Shown: positions 37,792-40,000 of the stretch, one piece after another
How positions within the stretch are numbered: the first letter of the stretch is position 1
How the letters are laid out: every line of letters begins with the position of its first letter
Source: Bacillus pumilus
Lineage (GTDB): Bacteria; Bacillota; Bacilli; Bacillales; Bacillaceae
Length of the DNA: 40,000 bases
Direction: 5' to 3'
Assembly (NCBI RefSeq): GCF_009937765.1
Contig: NZ_CP047089.1
Location: forward strand, 516,272-556,271
Notes under the pieces: generated by a model
Told to the model about the DNA's origin: nothing
Seen by the model: the letters and a program-made list of their open reading frames with translations, nothing else
The model's database searches: none
Program-made: the position numbers and the translations under genes

Positions 37792-38778
37792 TTATAGGTG
37801 ATGCAACAGTTCAATTTGCACGCCGTTTAAGCGTTTGTTTGCAATCTTTATATATTCAGGATTCAATTCAATTCCGATAAAATTTCTACTATGCTTTATT
37901 GCCGCTATACCTGTTGTTCCTGATCCCATGAATGGATCCAATACAATGCCATCTACGGGGCAGCCAGCTAATACACACGGCTCTATCAGCTCCACTGGAT
38001 ATGTTGCAAAGTGAGCGTCTTTGGTTGGCTTGGTTGCAACGGTCCAGACTGAACGCTTATTCCGCTTATTTCTGATAGCTCTAAAAGACAGATCACCATA
38101 CTTTCCTTTGAATGAGCCGCGGGGCTTGTCCTCTCTCCGCCCTAGTTGTTCCAATCCGAATGCGCCTCGTGATCCTCTTGGTGGATCCGGAAACAGTTTG
38201 TAAGCAGCTTCTTCTTTAATTGCTTCATGATCGTAATAATACTTTTGTGATTTTGAGAGAAGAAAAATATATTCGTGTGAGGATGTCGGTCTATCCCTCA
38301 CACTCTCCGGCATGGCATTTGGTTTGTTCCAAACAATGTCTTTTCTCAGGTACCAGCCATCTTCTTGGAGAGCGAAAGCAACGCGCCACGGCAAGCCTAT
38401 TAAATCTTTTGATTTTAATCCGGTTACTTTGTTTGAAAGATTTATAACACCGCTTCTTTGACCAACAGACTGTTTATGTTCAATACCTGGATGCGCTTGG
38501 CCGTTCGCAATTCTTCCACGACCGCTTCCAGCATAAGCGTCTCCTAGATTCAGCCAGACAGTGCCATCATCCTTTAAAACTCTCTTAATCTCTCTGAATA
38601 AAGAAACGATTTTTTGAATGTATTCTTGAACGGTTTCTTCTAAACCGATTTGCTCAGTCATTCCGTAATCTCTTAACCCCCAATAAGGCGGGCTAGTGAT
38701 CACGGTTTGAATTGTATCCGGCGGCAGCGACTGAACAACCTTTATGCAATCGCCTTGAATGATTTGATTCAGGTCCAT
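37792..38778 (-). CDS. DNA methyltransferase, N4/N6 (beta-class, SPPY) family
   Basis: 328 aa with motif IV TSPPYWGLRDYG near the N-terminus and the AdoMet motif VLDPFMGSGTTGIAA near the C-terminus. Confidence 0.85.
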   Translation of the reverse strand: MDLNQIIQGDCIKVVQSLPPDTIQTVITSPPYWGLRDYGMTEQIGLEETVQEYIQKIVSLFREIKRVLKDDGTVWLNLGDAYAGSGRGRIANGQAHPGIEHKQSVGQRSGVINLSNKVTGLKSKDLIGLPWRVAFALQEDGWYLRKDIVWNKPNAMPESVRDRPTSSHEYIFLLSKSQKYYYDHEAIKEEAAYKLFPDPPRGSRGAFGLEQLGRREDKPRGSFKGKYGDLSFRAIRNKRNKRSVWTVATKPTKDAHFATYPVELIEPCVLAGCPVDGIVLDPFMGSGTTGIAAIKHSRNFIGIELNPEYIKIANKRLNGVQIELLHHL

Positions 38779-38798
38779 GCGGCACCTCCTTCCAGCTG

Positions 38799-40000
38799 TT
38801 AGTTTGCTTTGCTATAATATTTGTTCATGTGTACAGGTACACATAGTTCAGGTAAATTCGCTCTCACCAACTGCTCCGCAAATTGCGGTGGAACACTATT
38901 CCCCACCCTGCGTATTTGGTCCGATTTATTACCGATGTTAAATGTATATCCAGGCGGGAATCCCTGCCCTGCAAATAGTTCGTTCGGTTGCAACATACGT
39001 AATCCGATGTCAGCAATTCTCTGACCATTTGTGCAAACAGTTGTTAATGCAAATCGGTCTTTGGTTGTAATGGTATGCAATGGCTCATCTAATCGTTGGC
39101 CTACTCCTTGGCCGTAATACTTAGTCAAATAGGCAACGGTGACTAGTCCGAATCTATTGCCGCCAGCTGTGATTGTGTGTAATGGACGATCAAGCGAAAG
39201 ACCTCTTACATCCTTTTCTGATTGCTCTGTGTAATAGCTAATCAAGAAAGCGGCTTTGCTCTTATCCGGCACCATTACAGGACTTGGATTATTTACAATG
39301 AATTTCTCAATACCTCTCTCAATTCTTTTCAACGTATTTTCGACTAACGGCCGTTTCCTGCTGAATATACTAGGGACCCCTATGGACCAATCTATAATTT
39401 CGTAAGAAGATCGCCACGGCTTGAGCTTTCCCGTTTGAACAAGAAGGCTTTTAGGATCTGCATGTGTTGGCTTCGGCCATACGATTTCTTTTCCATCACA
39501 CCTAGCAACCATGAAAAACCTCTTTCGTATGGTTGGCGCTCCATAGTCACAAGCCGTTAACTCTCTGAACTGCACTTCATATCCAAGTGATTCCAGCGTT
39601 TTGACGAATGATTGAAATGTCTGTCCCTTTTGTTCCTTGATCGGTTTACCTTCTTTAGAGATAGGCCCCCAATCTTTGAATTCCTCAACGTTCTCGAGCA
39701 TGATGACGCGTGGCTTAACTGCTATCGCCCATCTGACAGCAATCCACGCAAGCCCTCTGATACCCTGTTTTACAGGCTTGCCGCCTTTTGCCTTTGAATG
39801 GTGTGTACAGTCAGGAGAAAACCATGCTAGACCGACTTTCCGCCCCTTAACAGCTTCTTTCGGATCAACATTCCACACAGATTCACAATAATGCTCCGTG
39901 TCAGGATGATTTACCTCATGCATTGCAATGGCAGCAGGATCATGATTGATGGCTATATCAACTGATAACCCTGTCGCAAGCTCGATTCCTGTACTCGCTC
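38799..40000 (-). CDS. DNA (cytosine-5)-methyltransferase; the N-terminus lies beyond the right edge
   Basis: The frame stays open upstream of the ORF-track Met: ...ASTGIELATGLSVDIAINHDPAAIAMHEVNHP is the tail of motif I (GGGGASTG). FSPDCTHHSKAKGG (motif IV variant), MLENVEEF (VI) and GNSVPP (X) are also present. Confidence 0.85.
   Translation of the reverse strand, partial: ASTGIELATGLSVDIAINHDPAAIAMHEVNHPDTEHYCESVWNVDPKEAVKGRKVGLAWFSPDCTHHSKAKGGKPVKQGIRGLAWIAVRWAIAVKPRVIMLENVEEFKDWGPISKEGKPIKEQKGQTFQSFVKTLESLGYEVQFRELTACDYGAPTIRKRFFMVARCDGKEIVWPKPTHADPKSLLVQTGKLKPWRSSYEIIDWSIGVPSIFSRKRPLVENTLKRIERGIEKFIVNNPSPVMVPDKSKAAFLISYYTEQSEKDVRGLSLDRPLHTITAGGNRFGLVTVAYLTKYYGQGVGQRLDEPLHTITTKDRFALTTVCTNGQRIADIGLRMLQPNELFAGQGFPPGYTFNIGNKSDQIRRVGNSVPPQFAEQLVRANLPELCVPVHMNKYYSKAN

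Noticed and set aside
31836-40000. A complete restriction-modification system.
   Set aside because: Three methyltransferases are visible, but no ORF in the window has endonuclease-like features apart from the ParB-like protein. The arrangement fits orphan phage MTases better. The region beyond 40000 is unseen, so this rejection is provisional.

Overview
The window has two parts.

**Host segment (about 1-4.08 kb).** This is a Bacillus subtilis/pumilus-group chromosomal 'yug' segment. It holds a truncated nitronate-monooxygenase gene, yugU (YjbQ family), yugS (CNNM/CBS transporter-like), yugP (Zn-metallopeptidase), a small membrane ORF and the K+ channel yugO.

**Prophage (left end somewhere between 4.1 and 6.6 kb, running off the right edge).** It is a PBSX/skin-like myovirus-type prophage, almost entirely on the minus strand. 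Left to right it reads from late to early genes:
- A collagen-like cargo gene and the lysis cassette (amidase, XhlB-type holin, BhlA-type peptide).
- XkdX/XkdW-like genes, tail fibre and baseplate genes (XkdP to XkdU-like), and a 1654-aa tape measure.
- A tail chaperone with a canonical -1 frameshift site.
- A plus-strand type I toxin/antisense-RNA module that the ORF track misses.
- Tube, sheath, connector genes, capsid, XkdF protease/scaffold, gp7-like protein, portal, TerL and TerS.
- An accessory/early region: C5-MTase, ParB-like protein, a cargo island, an ArpU-family late regulator, an unknown ORF, YopX, an N4/N6-MTase and a truncated C5-MTase.

**Most interesting content.** All of it is prophage cargo rather than a recognisable named defence system:
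1. A Sec-signal protein ending in a colicin-E9-type H-N-H DNase motif, followed directly by a SUKH/SMI1 immunity-type ORF.
2. An adjacent 0.45-kb ORF-poor stretch that is rich in hairpins and phased A-tracts.
3. Two spore-surface-type proteins: a CotD-like protein and a BclA-like collagen protein with CBM-like repeats. Both carry a KNPCC motif.
4. A TxpA/RatA-like type I toxin-antitoxin module embedded in the tail operon.

All functional calls come from motif and synteny recognition by eye. No database search was run.
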